A stretch of 64,000 bases of DNA from Candidatus Latescibacterota bacterium. Its GTDB lineage: Bacteria > Latescibacterota > UBA2968 > GCA-2709665. This document shows positions 1-11,898 of the stretch, piece by piece; position 1 is the stretch's first letter; each line of letters starts with the position of its first letter. A program made the translations under genes and the position numbers. The stretch lies in contig OZ242180.1 in NCBI GenBank assembly GCA_965205485.1, positions 1,376,001 through 1,440,000 of the forward strand, written 5' to 3'. The notes beneath the pieces are model-generated. The model was not told the origin of the DNA and searched no databases. It worked only from the letters and a program-made list of their open reading frames with translations.

Positions 1-663
1 CTGGAATCGATGAAGGCGGAGTGGACGGCGGTACTCTGGATCCTGGCCGTGCTGACCATGACCGTTGGCAACCTGAGCGCGCTGGGGCAACGCAGCATCA
101 AGCGAATGCTGGCCTATTCCAGCGTCGCCCATGCCGGTTACGTGCTGGTTGCGCTTACCGCGGCCAACGGCCAGGGGATTTCCGCCGCTCTGTTCTATCT
201 GCTTGCCTATACGTTTATGAATATCGGCGCATTCGCGGTCGTGATTCTGGTTGCGCGGAAGGGCGAAGAGAACGTCGACATATCGGATTACGCGGGGCTG
301 GGTTTCAAGCATCCGGTCCTCGGGCTGACGATGACGCTGTTTATGCTTTCATTGGCGGGTCTCCCGCCTACCGCCGGATTTTTCGGGAAGTTCTACATAT
401 TCCGGGCGGCAATCGATGCCGGCCTGGTCTCGCTTACCATTATCGGCGTGCTGAACAGCCTTGTCTCGGTTTATTTCTATCTCGGGGTCGTCGTCAGTAT
501 GTATATGAGACAGCCTGCCGACGAAGAGCCGGTGGGCACATTTCCACCTCTCGCTCGAACGGCGCTGCTGGTAACGTCCCTTGCGACCCTCTATATCGGC
601 CTCGCTCCGTCGCGGTTTCTGGAATTGGCCAGGCAAACGGTAGGCAGCCTCATTGGAACTTAG
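1..663 (+). CDS. nuoN: NADH-quinone oxidoreductase subunit N, C-terminal part (5' end outside window)
   Basis: KRMLAYSSVAHAGY and LSLAGLPPTAGFFGKF motifs; frame open from base 1. Confidence 0.93.
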   Translation: MESMKAEWTAVLWILAVLTMTVGNLSALGQRSIKRMLAYSSVAHAGYVLVALTAANGQGISAALFYLLAYTFMNIGAFAVVILVARKGEENVDISDYAGLGFKHPVLGLTMTLFMLSLAGLPPTAGFFGKFYIFRAAIDAGLVSLTIIGVLNSLVSVYFYLGVVVSMYMRQPADEEPVGTFPPLARTALLVTSLATLYIGLAPSRFLELARQTVGSLIGT

Positions 664-726
664 ATGCTGTGCCTGCGGTTTCGGGGTCACTCACGCCCTT
701 CCATTCAAAACCCATCGCGTTGATCG

Positions 727-978
727 ATGGAGGAAGAAAAAAAACAACCCGGTCTGGCCGCGGCTTATCGTAGAGCCGGCCCTTATCTGAACCTGGGAAT
801 CGAGTTTGCGGCGTCTTTCATTCTCTGTCTTTTTGCCGGGAAATGGCTGGACGGCAAACTCGGAACGGCCCCCTATCTGATGTTGGCGGGATTGGCTCTG
901 GGAATCGTCGTCGGTTTCCTGAACCTGTACAGAACGGCGATGCGACTCCAGGAACGCGAAAAGCAGGACCGCCAATAG
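727..978 (+). CDS. atpZ: AtpZ/AtpI family (ATPase gene 1) membrane protein
   Basis: Two TM helices with G-x-W-L-D-x-K-L-G-T-x-P pattern; first gene of the atp operon. Confidence 0.85.
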   Translation: MEEEKKQPGLAAAYRRAGPYLNLGIEFAASFILCLFAGKWLDGKLGTAPYLMLAGLALGIVVGFLNLYRTAMRLQEREKQDRQ

Positions 979-995
979 CCGCCCGGAGGTGAGAC

Positions 996-1400
996 GTGGG
1001 AACCGAATTCCTCCGATTTGCCAGACAGGTCGGGGCTGTCCTGATCGCGGCGGCAATCCTGGGCGGATACCCGCTATACGTCTACTGGGGGATTGAAGTG
1101 GTCCGGGCGGCGGCCGTAGGGTGTGGGATCGGCGCACTGAACGCACTGGCCGGGGGGCTCTCGGCCATCTGGTCGTTCGACAGGCCGCAGCCGGTCTTTC
1201 TGAAAGCGCTGTTGGGCGGAATGGTCGTTCGGATGCTGGTCATCTGCATTGGATTGGTGCTGTTGGTCAAATTCACAACGCTGTCGGTTTACGGTCTGGT
1301 TTTCTCTCTGTTTTCGTCCTATCTGCTCTTTCAGATTCTGGAAATCCGGTTCTTCGTGAAGCGCGCCGCGGTTCGGCGGGATTCACGATCAGGGGTTTGA
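996..1400 (+). CDS. atpI: ATP synthase subunit I-like 4-TM protein
   Basis: Four hydrophobic helices, GGMVVRML motif, GGAGG RBS before GTG; directly upstream of atpB. Confidence 0.7.
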   Translation: MGTEFLRFARQVGAVLIAAAILGGYPLYVYWGIEVVRAAAVGCGIGALNALAGGLSAIWSFDRPQPVFLKALLGGMVVRMLVICIGLVLLVKFTTLSVYGLVFSLFSSYLLFQILEIRFFVKRAAVRRDSRSGV

Positions 1401-1404
1401 TTCG

Positions 1405-2205
1405 ATGGCATCGGAAAACGCCGCGGAAGGCAAAAAAGACTACATCATGGAGCATCTGCTCGATTCTTCAGAGCTCCACCTGCCCTTTCTTCACGTCGAA
1501 ATACCCCGTTTTGAGCTGTTCGGCATCGACGTGTCCATTACCCGGCACGTGGTCATGATGTGGATTGCGGCGGGGTTTCTCCTGTGGGTCTTCATCAGGA
1601 CAACCCGGCGTCGCGGCCTTGTACCCACCGGATTTGCGAATCTTCTGGAATCGGTCGTCGTTTTTATCAGGGATGATGTCGCCGTTCCCAACATCGGAGC
1701 AAAGGAAGCCGGACGGTTTCTACCCTTTCTCTTTACCGTATTCTTCTTCATCCTGACCTGCAATCTGCTGGGCCTCGTACCCTATGGCGCGACCGCCACC
1801 GGTAATGTGAGCGTAACCGCCGGGCTGGCGATCTGCGCCTTTCTCGTCATTCAGATGGGCGGCATTCTTCACAACGGCTTTCTGGGTTATTTCAAGGGAC
1901 TGGTCCCCCACGGACTGCCCCTTCCGATCACGCTTCTGATGATCCCGATCGAGCTCATCGGGTTGGTTGCCAAACCGTTCGCCCTCTGTATTCGTCTCTT
2001 TGCCAATTTGACTGCCGGACACGTGATCATCCTGGCGTTGCTGGGGCTGATCTTCATGTTCAAGTCGTATGCCGTCGCGCCCGTGTCCGTACTGTTCGCG
2101 CTGGCGATTTACCTGCTCGAAATCTTCGTGGCATTGGTGCAGGCGTATATTTTCACCATGTTGTCCGCCGTCTTCATCGGGATGGCGGTGCATCAGGATC
2201 ACTGA
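1405..2205 (+). CDS. atpB: F0 subunit a
   Basis: KPFALCIRLFANLTAGH and LEIFVALVQAYIF motifs. Confidence 0.97.
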   Translation: MASENAAEGKKDYIMEHLLDSSELHLPFLHVEIPRFELFGIDVSITRHVVMMWIAAGFLLWVFIRTTRRRGLVPTGFANLLESVVVFIRDDVAVPNIGAKEAGRFLPFLFTVFFFILTCNLLGLVPYGATATGNVSVTAGLAICAFLVIQMGGILHNGFLGYFKGLVPHGLPLPITLLMIPIELIGLVAKPFALCIRLFANLTAGHVIILALLGLIFMFKSYAVAPVSVLFALAIYLLEIFVALVQAYIFTMLSAVFIGMAVHQDH

Positions 2206-2235
2206 TCGTTGGAAACGTTGCATTATAAACCCTTG

Positions 2236-2397
2236 GAAGTTGTTTTAAAATTACCGGTGAGTTCCCGAGCGCGAGCGAAAAAGTGGCGGTCAAGGCGGGA
2301 AAATTCGCCCCTATTTGTCTATACGGGTGGATTTGACCAACGCCGACCGGCGCTTTTGCAGCCGCGCGAAGACCGCTGGGAATTTTAATACAGCTTC
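2236..2397 (+). mobile_element. MITE family A copy 1 (162 bp core) between atpB and atpE
   Basis: Terminal inverted repeats GAAGTTGTTTTAAAATT...AATTTTAATACAGCTTC; flanks TTG/TTA; near-identical to 27272, 37577 and 56894 copies. Confidence 0.9.
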
Positions 2398-2424
2398 TTA
2401 ACTTCCTAGCGGAGGAGGTACGTT

Positions 2425-2676
2425 GTGGCAGACGTGGCATCCGTGGCGGCTGAAGCATACGGTTATTTGTCCGCCGGCATTGGCGCGGGGCTGGTAACGA
2501 TCGGCGCCGGAATTGGTATCGGACGTCTGGCCGGCATGGCCGTGGAGGGCACCGCACGGCAGCCCGAAGCAGCCGGCGATATCCGGACTTCCATGATCAT
2601 TACCGCGGCCTTCATAGAGGGTGTGGCCCTCTTCGGGCAGGTGGTCTGCTTCCTTCTGGCGACAAAAGGCGGCTGA
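2425..2676 (+). CDS. atpE: F0 subunit c (H+-type)
   Basis: GAGIGIG, ARQPEA loop, FIEGVALF carboxylate; GGAGGAGG RBS before GTG. Confidence 0.96.
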   Translation: MADVASVAAEAYGYLSAGIGAGLVTIGAGIGIGRLAGMAVEGTARQPEAAGDIRTSMIITAAFIEGVALFGQVVCFLLATKGG

Positions 2677-2717
2677 GTACGCATACCGTTGAGGACGTCT
2701 AAACCAGAGGAACGTGT

Positions 2718-3215
2718 ATGTTGCTGAACGTGGATACAGGTCTGATGTTCTGGACCATTGTTACCTTCGTCCTGCTGCTCCTTGTTCTCAGGGCGGTTGC
2801 CTGGAAACCGCTGCTGGCCATGCTGGACGAGCGTGAAAGGCGTATCCGGGATTCCCTGGACCAGGCGGAAAAGGCCCGGGAGGAAGCCCAGAGTGCGGCT
2901 GAAGAAAACCGGCGCGCAATGGAGCAGGCCCAGGCCGAGGCGCGACAGGCCATTTCCGAAGGACGGGAGGCGGCCGAGCGTGCAGCCCAGGAAGTGCGTC
3001 AACGCGCGTCGGACGAGGCCCGGCAGATGCTGGAGCAGGCCCGGCGAACGATTCGGCAGGAGAAGGAGCAGGCGATCCAGGAACTTCGTACGCACGCCGC
3101 CGGCCTGGCCATCGAAGCCGCCGGCAAGGTGTTGGACGAAAACCTGGACAACGCCAGGAACAGGAAGCTTGTCGACGAATTCATCGACAGCATTCCGGAC
3201 AATGGACAAAACTGA
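2718..3215 (+). CDS. atpF: F0 subunit b
   Basis: N-terminal TM, WKPLLAMLDERE, long coiled coil. Confidence 0.95.
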   Translation: MLLNVDTGLMFWTIVTFVLLLLVLRAVAWKPLLAMLDERERRIRDSLDQAEKAREEAQSAAEENRRAMEQAQAEARQAISEGREAAERAAQEVRQRASDEARQMLEQARRTIRQEKEQAIQELRTHAAGLAIEAAGKVLDENLDNARNRKLVDEFIDSIPDNGQN

Positions 3216-3230
3216 TTTCCGGAGCGGAGC

Positions 3231-3776
3231 TTGAACGAAACCCCCGTCGCAATGCGTTATGCCAGGGCGCTCATCCAGGCGGCAGAAGAGCGGGACGCGC
3301 TGGACCGGGTGCGCGACGACCTGGAAGGCCTTCTGAACCTGATCAGGGTATCGGAAGACCTGCGCGCCTTTCTCAGTGACCCCCTGATTTACCCGGAACA
3401 GAAGCGGGCGGCGGTCCGGAGACTCTTTTCCGGCCGGATCGGGGACCTCACCCTGAATTTCCTGCTGCTGCTGTGCGACAAACGGCGCGAGCGGGGTCTC
3501 GACGGGATTATTCGGGCGTTTCTGATGCTCCTGGACGAGCAACGGGGTCTGATCACCGCACACGTACGGTCGGCGCAGGAACTCTCTCAGGACCAGCAGG
3601 CAAGGCTCGCGCAACGGTTGTCGGCCTGGTCCGGAAAGCAGGTACGGCTGGACGTCGAAATCGACCGGGGACTCAGAGCGGGCTTTGTAACCAGGATGGG
3701 CGACCACGTATTCGACGCAACCCTCGAAGCGCAGTTGAACCGGATGCGCCAGAGGCTGGTTTCGGGCTTATCATAG
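3231..3776 (+). CDS. atpH: F1 subunit delta
   Basis: VAMRYARAL N-terminus, operon position; TTG start. Confidence 0.94.
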   Translation: MNETPVAMRYARALIQAAEERDALDRVRDDLEGLLNLIRVSEDLRAFLSDPLIYPEQKRAAVRRLFSGRIGDLTLNFLLLLCDKRRERGLDGIIRAFLMLLDEQRGLITAHVRSAQELSQDQQARLAQRLSAWSGKQVRLDVEIDRGLRAGFVTRMGDHVFDATLEAQLNRMRQRLVSGLS

Positions 3777-3779
3777 CGG

Positions 3780-3841
3780 TCCGTTGAGAAAGTTGCTCTG
3801 CAGGCGAGGCGGCCGCAGACCGGATGGGCTTTTTCAACGGG
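3780..3841. repeat. Short inverted-repeat element between atpH and atpA
   Basis: TCCGTTGAGAAAG ... CTTTTTCAACGGG imperfect inverted ends. Confidence 0.5.
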
Positions 3842-3865
3842 CTGAAAACCGAGGTGTAGACACTT

Positions 3866-5386
3866 ATGGCGATGAACTTGCAGATTCGCCCCGACGAAGT
3901 CTCCGATATTCTCAAACAGCAGATTCTGGAGGCCGAAAGGGACATTGACGTTTACGAAACCGGGACCGTGCTGCAGGTGGGCGACGGCGTGGCGCGCGTT
4001 CACGGGCTGGGCAACGCGCAGGCCAGTGAACTGGTGGCGTTTCCCGATAACATCATGGGCATGGCTTTCAACCTGGAAGAGGACAATGTCGGGTGCGTTC
4101 TCTTCGGGGACGACACGGCAATCAAGGAAGGCGACCAGGTCAGGCGTACGGGACGCGTCGTCGAGGTGCCCGTGGGCGACGAATTGCTGGGCCGTGTGGT
4201 TACGCCTCTGGGTGAGCCGCTGGATGGCAAGGGACCGGTTCAGACCTCGCAGACGCTGCCCGTGGAACGGATTGCGCCCGGGGTGATTCAGCGCCAGCCG
4301 GTGGAAGAGGCGCTGCAGACCGGAATCAAGGTGGTGGATGCCGCAACGCCCATCGGGCGCGGACAGCGTGAGCTGATCATCGGCGACCGGCAGACCGGAA
4401 AGACGGCCATCGGTCTGGACGCCATCATCAACCAGAAGGACAGCGGCGTCAAATGCATCTATGTGGGTATCGGACAGAAGGCCTCGTCCGTGGCCAAGGT
4501 CGTCGCCGAGCTCGAGGCGAACGGCGCGCTGCCATACACCATCGTCGTTTCGGCCACGGCCAGCGATCCGGCGCCGCTTCAGTTCCTGGCCCCGTATGCC
4601 GGTTGTTCGATGGGCGAGTACTTCCGCGACAAGGGCGAACACGCGCTGATCGTGTACGACGATCTCTCCAAGCAGGCCTGGGCATACCGTGAAATGGCCC
4701 TGGTCCTGCGCCGTCCGCCGGGGCGGGAAGCCTATCCGGGCGACGTGTTCTATCTGCACTCGCGTCTTCTGGAGCGCGCCTGCAAACTGAGCGACGAAGA
4801 GGGCGGAGGCTCTCTCACGGCGCTGCCCGTCATCGAGATCCTCGAAGGGGACGTATCCACGTTCGTACCGACCAACGTGATTTCCATAACGGACGGGCAG
4901 ATTCTGCTGAAGCCGGAGTTGTTCTATTCGGGCATCAGGCCGGCAATGGACGTGGGCGCTTCCGTTTCCAGGGTTAGCTCGGCTAAAACCGGGGCGATGA
5001 AGGCGGTTTCCGCTACCTTGAGCGGCGATATCGCGCGTTACAACGAGGTCCAGGCCTTTGCGCAATTCGGGGCCTCCGACCTGGACACGGCCACCCGCAA
5101 CCTGCTGAACCGCGGCGAGAAACTGATCGAGATTCTCAAACAGGGCCAGTACGCGCCGATGTCGCTCGGAGAGCAGGTGGTGTCCCTTATCGTTGGTGCG
5201 AGCATCGATGAACTGCCCACGGAGGACGTGAGACGGTTCGAGGCCGAAGTGCTTGCCTATATGCGCGACCACCACCAGGATATCGTGGACGAGATCACGG
5301 GTAGCGAAGAATTGAGCGACGAGGCACGGGGCGTCATCGATGCCGCCATCGAGCGTGCCAAGCGCGGCTTTCAGGCGTCGGCGTAG
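3866..5386 (+). CDS. atpA: F1 subunit alpha (divergent)
   Basis: [40 protein letters not shown]. Confidence 0.98.
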   Translation: MAMNLQIRPDEVSDILKQQILEAERDIDVYETGTVLQVGDGVARVHGLGNAQASELVAFPDNIMGMAFNLEEDNVGCVLFGDDTAIKEGDQVRRTGRVVEVPVGDELLGRVVTPLGEPLDGKGPVQTSQTLPVERIAPGVIQRQPVEEALQTGIKVVDAATPIGRGQRELIIGDRQTGKTAIGLDAIINQKDSGVKCIYVGIGQKASSVAKVVAELEANGALPYTIVVSATASDPAPLQFLAPYAGCSMGEYFRDKGEHALIVYDDLSKQAWAYREMALVLRRPPGREAYPGDVFYLHSRLLERACKLSDEEGGGSLTALPVIEILEGDVSTFVPTNVISITDGQILLKPELFYSGIRPAMDVGASVSRVSSAKTGAMKAVSATLSGDIARYNEVQAFAQFGASDLDTATRNLLNRGEKLIEILKQGQYAPMSLGEQVVSLIVGASIDELPTEDVRRFEAEVLAYMRDHHQDIVDEITGSEELSDEARGVIDAAIERAKRGFQASA

Positions 5387-5398
5387 GAGGAGTAGCCG

Positions 5399-6250
5399 GT
5401 GGCCACATTGCGTCAACTCCGAAACCGGGTGACCGGTGTCACGAATATCCAGAAGGTCACCCACGCCATGCAGTTGGTGGCCGCGGCACGGGTGCGCAAG
5501 GCCCAGGACGCGATCCTTGCCGCCCGGCCCTATGCCGAACAACTGGACCGAATTCTTCAACGGCTGACCGCAAGTATAGACGCGGACCGGCATCCCCTGT
5601 TCCGGCAGGGAGAATCCGGTCGGATTGCGGTCGTCGTGGTGACGGCGGACCGTGGGCTGTGCGGCGGGTTCAACGCAGGAATCTGCCGGAAGGTGCTATC
5701 GGAGCTCGAAGAACAAGGTGAAGTCGAGCTGGTTGCTGTCGGCAGGAAGGGGCGCGACTTTTTTCGACAACGCGGATATGAGATCAGCCGGGAATACCTG
5801 GACGTGTTCGCCCACCTGCATCTCGGCCAAGCCGTTTCCATCGCGCGGGACGTGACGGGTCGATTTGTGTCCGGAGACGTGGACCAGGTGTGGATCGCCA
5901 ACAACGAGTTTCTCTCCCTCGGACGCCAGGAGCCGGCAATCAACCGGCTTCTGCCGATTGTGCCTGAGGAAACCGACGAAAAGAGCGCCGCCGGCGAGTA
6001 CATCTTTGAGCCCGATCCGGAGCAATTGCTTGAGACGCTCGTTCCGAGACACGTGAATTTCCAGGTCTGGCGCGCACTCCTGGAGTCCAATGCCGGAGAG
6101 CAGGCCGCCCGCATGGCGGCGATGGATAACGCGACCAGGAATGCCGGAGACCTGGTCGAAGAATTAACGCGCGAGATGAACAAGGTGCGCCAGTCTTCAA
6201 TCACGCTGGAGTTAATGGACATCATCGGCGGCGCCGAGGCTGTGGCTTAG
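5399..6250 (+). CDS. atpG: F1 subunit gamma
   Basis: DRGLCGGFN, ARMAAMDNATRNA, C-terminal RQSSITLEL. Confidence 0.97.
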   Translation: MATLRQLRNRVTGVTNIQKVTHAMQLVAAARVRKAQDAILAARPYAEQLDRILQRLTASIDADRHPLFRQGESGRIAVVVVTADRGLCGGFNAGICRKVLSELEEQGEVELVAVGRKGRDFFRQRGYEISREYLDVFAHLHLGQAVSIARDVTGRFVSGDVDQVWIANNEFLSLGRQEPAINRLLPIVPEETDEKSAAGEYIFEPDPEQLLETLVPRHVNFQVWRALLESNAGEQAARMAAMDNATRNAGDLVEELTREMNKVRQSSITLELMDIIGGAEAVA

Positions 6251-6464
6251 CGACGGCTACTGTTGCAGTTTGCGACAGGCTGTTTGCAGAGGTCTTGTCG
6301 ATCCCGTGCCGCTTGGTTTTTGGTTTTGCCTTAAGCTGATGGCTGACCGCTTCTTTTCGGGTAAGACGGGAGACGTTAGACGGAAGAGGACAACCGAACC
6401 CGACCGGTTTTACAATATTTGGTTTTAATGGGTTTTGCCGTTTGTTTTTTGTCTTTTGCTTTAA

Positions 6465-7906
<1,442 letters not shown>

Positions 7907-7919
7907 TTACAGGAACGCG

Positions 7920-8324
7920 ATGCCGACGTTTCAGCTTGAAATTGTAACCCCGGAAAAGACGGTCTACTCGGGCGAGGTGGAGCAACTGCGGGCGCCGGGT
8001 ACCGAAGGCGGGTTCGGCGTGCTCGCGGGACACCATCCGATGCTGGCCTCGCTGCGCATTGGAGAGATGGTCTTTTTCGAAGGGGAACAGGGACCGAAGT
8101 CGGTCGCAATCAGTGGCGGGTTCGCTGAGGTGCAGCGCGACCGCGTCACCGTGCTGGCCGAGACAGCGGAATTCGCGCCGGATATTGACGTAAACCGAGC
8201 CGAAGCCGCCAGAGACCGCGCGCGGGAAATGCTGACGCGAAAACAAGAACAGCAGATTGACGAGGCGCGGGCGACGTTGGCCCTGGCGCGGGCTGTCAAC
8301 CGGCTGCGGATCGGGGTACAATAG
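7920..8324 (+). CDS. atpC: F1 subunit epsilon
   Basis: LEIVTPEK, GVLAGHHP, SGGFAEV. Confidence 0.97.
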   Translation: MPTFQLEIVTPEKTVYSGEVEQLRAPGTEGGFGVLAGHHPMLASLRIGEMVFFEGEQGPKSVAISGGFAEVQRDRVTVLAETAEFAPDIDVNRAEAARDRAREMLTRKQEQQIDEARATLALARAVNRLRIGVQ

Positions 8325-8363
8325 GGCGGACTGGAAGACAATGCCTCAGCCGCGGTTCAGCGT

Positions 8364-8393
8364 GGGTGGGTTTCAAAACCCACCCGCTTTTTT
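8364..8393 (+). terminator. Rho-independent terminator of the atp operon
   Basis: GGGTGGGTT/AACCCACCC hairpin followed by T-run. Confidence 0.85.
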
Positions 8394-8646
8394 GTTCCTA
8401 AAACCCGTATCGATGATTTCCGCTAGCGGGCCGGGGAAACCCCACCAGCCCTCTACAGAGAATAGTGGGTTTATCCGGAATGGAACTCAGTTGGGTCATG
8501 GACATGTACCGTTTTACACTGCTCGTATCCGAGTAACCACACGGGATACTTAAACGATGTCAATCAGGAGCACGACCAGAGCAGAGCGCGTTGTTCCGTT
8601 CAGCACCGACCTTTGATGTTCTTACGCGGCCGGTAGGGCAGTGGAC

Positions 8647-8752
8647 CATGTGCATACAGTGAGGCAATTCGCGCTGTGCATATGGCAGGCCCCGCGCCCA
8701 GCGGCGACTTTTGGTTCCTTTTGGTCGCTTCAAAAGGAACACGCCGTAGGCA
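8647..8752. repeat. Structured intergenic repeat (hairpins; CTTTTGGTTCCTTTT...AAAAGGAAC end)
   Basis: 19-bp AAGGAACACGCCGTAGGCA identical at 8734-8752 and 36391-36409; related inverted motif near 36497-36545. Confidence 0.55.
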
Positions 8753-8815
8753 GGGAATTTGGGGAATAGGGGTTATTGCTTTTGATTTGGTTTTTGAATT
8801 TGCCTTTCGATTTTA

Positions 8816-8870
8816 GCTGACTGCTGATAGCTGATGGCTGCTTTAATTCTCACCTTTCAAGGGTTTCTAC
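8816..8870 (+). repeat. GCTGANN heptamer tract plus leader into the nitroreductase RBS
   Basis: gctgact gctgata gctgatg gct ... tttcaagggtttctacATG. Confidence 0.75.
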
Positions 8871-9623
8871 ATGACAAATCCCACTATCGACCTCCTGCTT
8901 TCTCACAGAAGTATCCGCAGGTTCCGGAACCGGCCGCTTCCCGATGGTGTGCTCGAAACGCTGATCCAGTGCGGGCAACAGGCGAGCACGTCCAGCAACG
9001 TGCAGGCGTACACCGTTATTCACGTGGCCGATCCAAAGCGGAAGAAGCGACTGGCCGAACTCTGCGCCGACCAGGTGCAGATACACCAGAGCGCGGCGTT
9101 TCTGGCCTTCTGCGCCGATCTGCACCGGGACAGGATGGCCAACCAGATGCACGAGGCGGAGCGGTTCGACGGGGACTATGCGGAGGCGCTGATGATTGCG
9201 ACGGTGGACGTGGCGCTGATGATGCAGAACGTGGCGATCGCCGCGGAGTCGATGGGATTGGGCATCTGCATGATCGGCGCGATGCGGAACAACCCGAAAT
9301 CGGTGGGCAGGTTGCTCGATTTGCCCCCTTATGTCGTGGCCGTGGCCGGCTTCTGCATCGGGTATCCGGACCAGGCGCCGGAAGTCAAACCGCGCTTGCC
9401 GCTCGATGCGGTCCTTCATCGCGAGCGATACCTGTGCGACGAAACCCATCGACTGGCCATGGAGGAATACGACAGGACGATGGTCGAGTTCTATGCCTCG
9501 CAGGGGATGCACGAGGGCGACGAGCGATGGACAAAAGTCATGGCCGGGCGCACCGGACAGTTTCACGCCCGCGCCGAACTGGATGAATTCCTCACCGCCC
9601 AGGGCTTCCGGCTGCGGCGCTGA
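8871..9623 (+). CDS. nfsA: NADPH-dependent nitroreductase/flavin reductase (NfsA/FRP family)
   Basis: SHRSIRRF, ASTSSNVQAY, KPRLP..VLHRERY. Confidence 0.9.
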   Translation: MTNPTIDLLLSHRSIRRFRNRPLPDGVLETLIQCGQQASTSSNVQAYTVIHVADPKRKKRLAELCADQVQIHQSAAFLAFCADLHRDRMANQMHEAERFDGDYAEALMIATVDVALMMQNVAIAAESMGLGICMIGAMRNNPKSVGRLLDLPPYVVAVAGFCIGYPDQAPEVKPRLPLDAVLHRERYLCDETHRLAMEEYDRTMVEFYASQGMHEGDERWTKVMAGRTGQFHARAELDEFLTAQGFRLRR

Positions 9624-9719
9624 AATCCCTTCCGATCTGCCTTCCCCTTGACGTTCTCCACGTCATTGCGTATACATTTAGAAACAAATCAGCCCGCGCA
9701 ACCGCGAAAGAACAGAATA

Positions 9720-10031
9720 ATGCCTGATTCGACAATAGACAGGCTCGTCGGCGAGGTCGTAAAGCGCGTAAACCCCCTGCGAATCGTGCTTTTCGGATCG
9801 GCGGCCAGGAATGAATCAGGAGAGCAGAGCGACATCGATCTGCTCGTCGTCATGCCCGATGGTGTACACCGTCGCCGGACCGCACAGAAACTCTACCGTG
9901 AGATTAAGGGTTTACGCGTGCCATTCGATATCGTCGTTGCAACCGTAAAGGACCTGGAACAGCACAAGGATAATGACAGATTGATCTACAAGAACGCCCT
10001 CGAGGAAGGTATCGAAGTTTATGGAGTCTGA
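9720..10031 (+). CDS. Minimal nucleotidyltransferase (MNT)
   Basis: LFGSAAR...SDIDLLV motif; ATG at 9720. Confidence 0.88.
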   Translation: MPDSTIDRLVGEVVKRVNPLRIVLFGSAARNESGEQSDIDLLVVMPDGVHRRRTAQKLYREIKGLRVPFDIVVATVKDLEQHKDNDRLIYKNALEEGIEVYGV

Positions 10032-10141
10032 TTCGCCGGTATCGTGGCCTGCGAGCAGACGGCAAGACATCGAGACCGGTCAGTTGTCTCTTGCTGATAC
10101 AGTACTCTGTTGGGCACGTCATTGAATCAAGAAGAAAGACC

Positions 10142-11470
10142 ATGGGCGACGCTGTCGAAAATATCGATCGGCTGAAAGCGGAATTGGACGCATTGCGGCC
10201 ATTGCCGTCGGATGTCGTGGGGCGGATAGAACAGAAGCTCCGGATCGAGTCGAACTACCACTCCAATGCCATAGAAGGCAACAACCTGACCCTCGGGGAG
10301 ACGCGAAGTCTGATCCTTCACGGACTTACTGCGCACGGGAAATCAATGCGCGATCATCTGGATATCGAGGGTCACGACGAGGCGGTAAAGGCGATTGAAA
10401 CCGCGGTCGAGAGTAAAGAGGAACTCAACGAGGTCTTTATCCGCAATCTCCATCGATTGCTCTTGAAAAAACCCTATGAAATCGACGCGCAAACCCCCGA
10501 TGGGCGGCCCACGAAACGACTCATAACAATCGGCAACTACAAAACCCAGCCAAACAACGTCCGCACCTCAACCGGAGAAATCTACTATTTCGCAGCGCCC
10601 GATCAGGTAAAGCCGGCGATGAGCGATCTCATGGACTGGTATAGAAAGGCCGAGAGTCAGGGCGAGCACCCCATTGCCATCGCGGCCACGTTTCACTATC
10701 GCTTTGTCAGAATCCATCCGTTCGACGATGGCAACGGTCGCATGGCGCGGCTCTTGATGAATATGATCCTGATCAGACACGGCTACACTGTGGCAATTGT
10801 TCCCATCCAGGAAAGAAACCGATACATTGAATCTCTGGAACAGGCGGACAAGTCAGAAGACCTTGCCGAATTCGTCGCCTATGTTGCTGGCTGCTGCGAA
10901 TACACCCTGAACCTCCATCTGCGAGCCGCCCGCGGCGAAGACATCGAAGACGCGGAGGACATAGACAAAGAGATCGCACTCTTTGTCAAAAAGAGTACAA
11001 GCAACACAATCGATGCGCGGGAATACGCCGACGAAGTGCTGTACCCGTTTTTCATTTATTGCAGGAACAAGGTTGAACAGATTTCATCGGTCTTCGGAAG
11101 AGTAGAAATTTCGGCCGATGCGTTTGCAAGACGGATTGACAACCAGAATTTACGTTTCGACTTGATGGAAGCAGAGGGCCCATTGCCCGAAGAGGCGTAT
11201 TCTGTTTCCACTCGCGCGAATTTCAGGTTATCGGAATATCGCGGGAACCAAAGAGAGGGCGTATTCCTCGATTGTACAAATGAAGCGGATCCTGACGATT
11301 ACCTTTGGGATTTTTCGGCAAATTTCAGCACGGACGGTCACGCATCCTCCAATCGCTTTCATGAGGCCAGATATTCTGGACGAGAGCTGGATCGCCTTAA
11401 GAAAATCTTCAATGACATGATCAGGGGAATGATGCAGAAGCTAACACAGACTGCTGACGACAGTCGATGA
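10142..11470 (+). CDS. Fic-domain protein with N-terminal inhibitory motif and an unassigned C-terminal extension
   Basis: HPFDDGNGRMAR catalytic loop; SNAIEGN motif. Confidence 0.92.
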   Translation: MGDAVENIDRLKAELDALRPLPSDVVGRIEQKLRIESNYHSNAIEGNNLTLGETRSLILHGLTAHGKSMRDHLDIEGHDEAVKAIETAVESKEELNEVFIRNLHRLLLKKPYEIDAQTPDGRPTKRLITIGNYKTQPNNVRTSTGEIYYFAAPDQVKPAMSDLMDWYRKAESQGEHPIAIAATFHYRFVRIHPFDDGNGRMARLLMNMILIRHGYTVAIVPIQERNRYIESLEQADKSEDLAEFVAYVAGCCEYTLNLHLRAARGEDIEDAEDIDKEIALFVKKSTSNTIDAREYADEVLYPFFIYCRNKVEQISSVFGRVEISADAFARRIDNQNLRFDLMEAEGPLPEEAYSVSTRANFRLSEYRGNQREGVFLDCTNEADPDDYLWDFSANFSTDGHASSNRFHEARYSGRELDRLKKIFNDMIRGMMQKLTQTADDSR

Positions 11471-11586
11471 AGGCAAATTCACGGACCACGGTAACAGACT
11501 GATTGGGACGAAGACCTGCACAATTGGGTGTATCGGAAATCGTATAATGTCTTTGTGTCTTCGCGGCTTAGTGTGAGTTTATTGCC

Positions 11587-11898
11587 ATGAACGCGAAAAT
11601 TGACATTTCGAGAGAAGAGATCGCCGGATTCTGCCAGCGGAACGGGATCAAGCGGCTGGCGCTGTTCGGCTCGGTGCTCCGTGACGACTTCACGCCGGAG
11701 AGCGATGTGGATGTGATCGTGGAGTTCAAGCCAGGCAAGTCGCCGGGACTGAAGTTCATCAAAATGCAGGATGAGTTGTCGGCAATATACGGGAGAAAAG
11801 TCGACCTTCACACCTTCAGGGGGGTTGCAAGCAACCCGAACTGGCTGCTTCGGAACGAAATACTCGACTCAGCGGAGGCGGTCTATGAGCAGACGTGA
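11587..11898 (+). CDS. MNT antitoxin (MntA-like)
   Basis: LFGSVLRDDFTPESDVDV; overlaps the downstream HEPN gene. Confidence 0.9.
   Translation: MNAKIDISREEIAGFCQRNGIKRLALFGSVLRDDFTPESDVDVIVEFKPGKSPGLKFIKMQDELSAIYGRKVDLHTFRGVASNPNWLLRNEILDSAEAVYEQT

Noticed and set aside
2174..2557. Small ORFs built from MITE or REP sequence (also 24095-24646, 27196-27502, 37716-37943, 45568-45897, 47490-47723, 52886-53251)
   Set aside because: Translations of repeats without a credible RBS; not treated as genes
2425..2676. Na+-translocating or N-type ATPase
   Set aside because: Subunit c has E-G rather than the Q...E-S/T Na+ signature, and the gene order is the standard atpBEFHAGDC
3587..5593. Long antisense ORFs (668 aa opposite atpA; also 2463-3707, 13722-15323, 19696-21447, 29247-30575, 34501-35889, 62137-63234)
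   Set aside because: Shadow ORFs expected from high-GC codon bias opposite well-supported genes; no recognisable motifs
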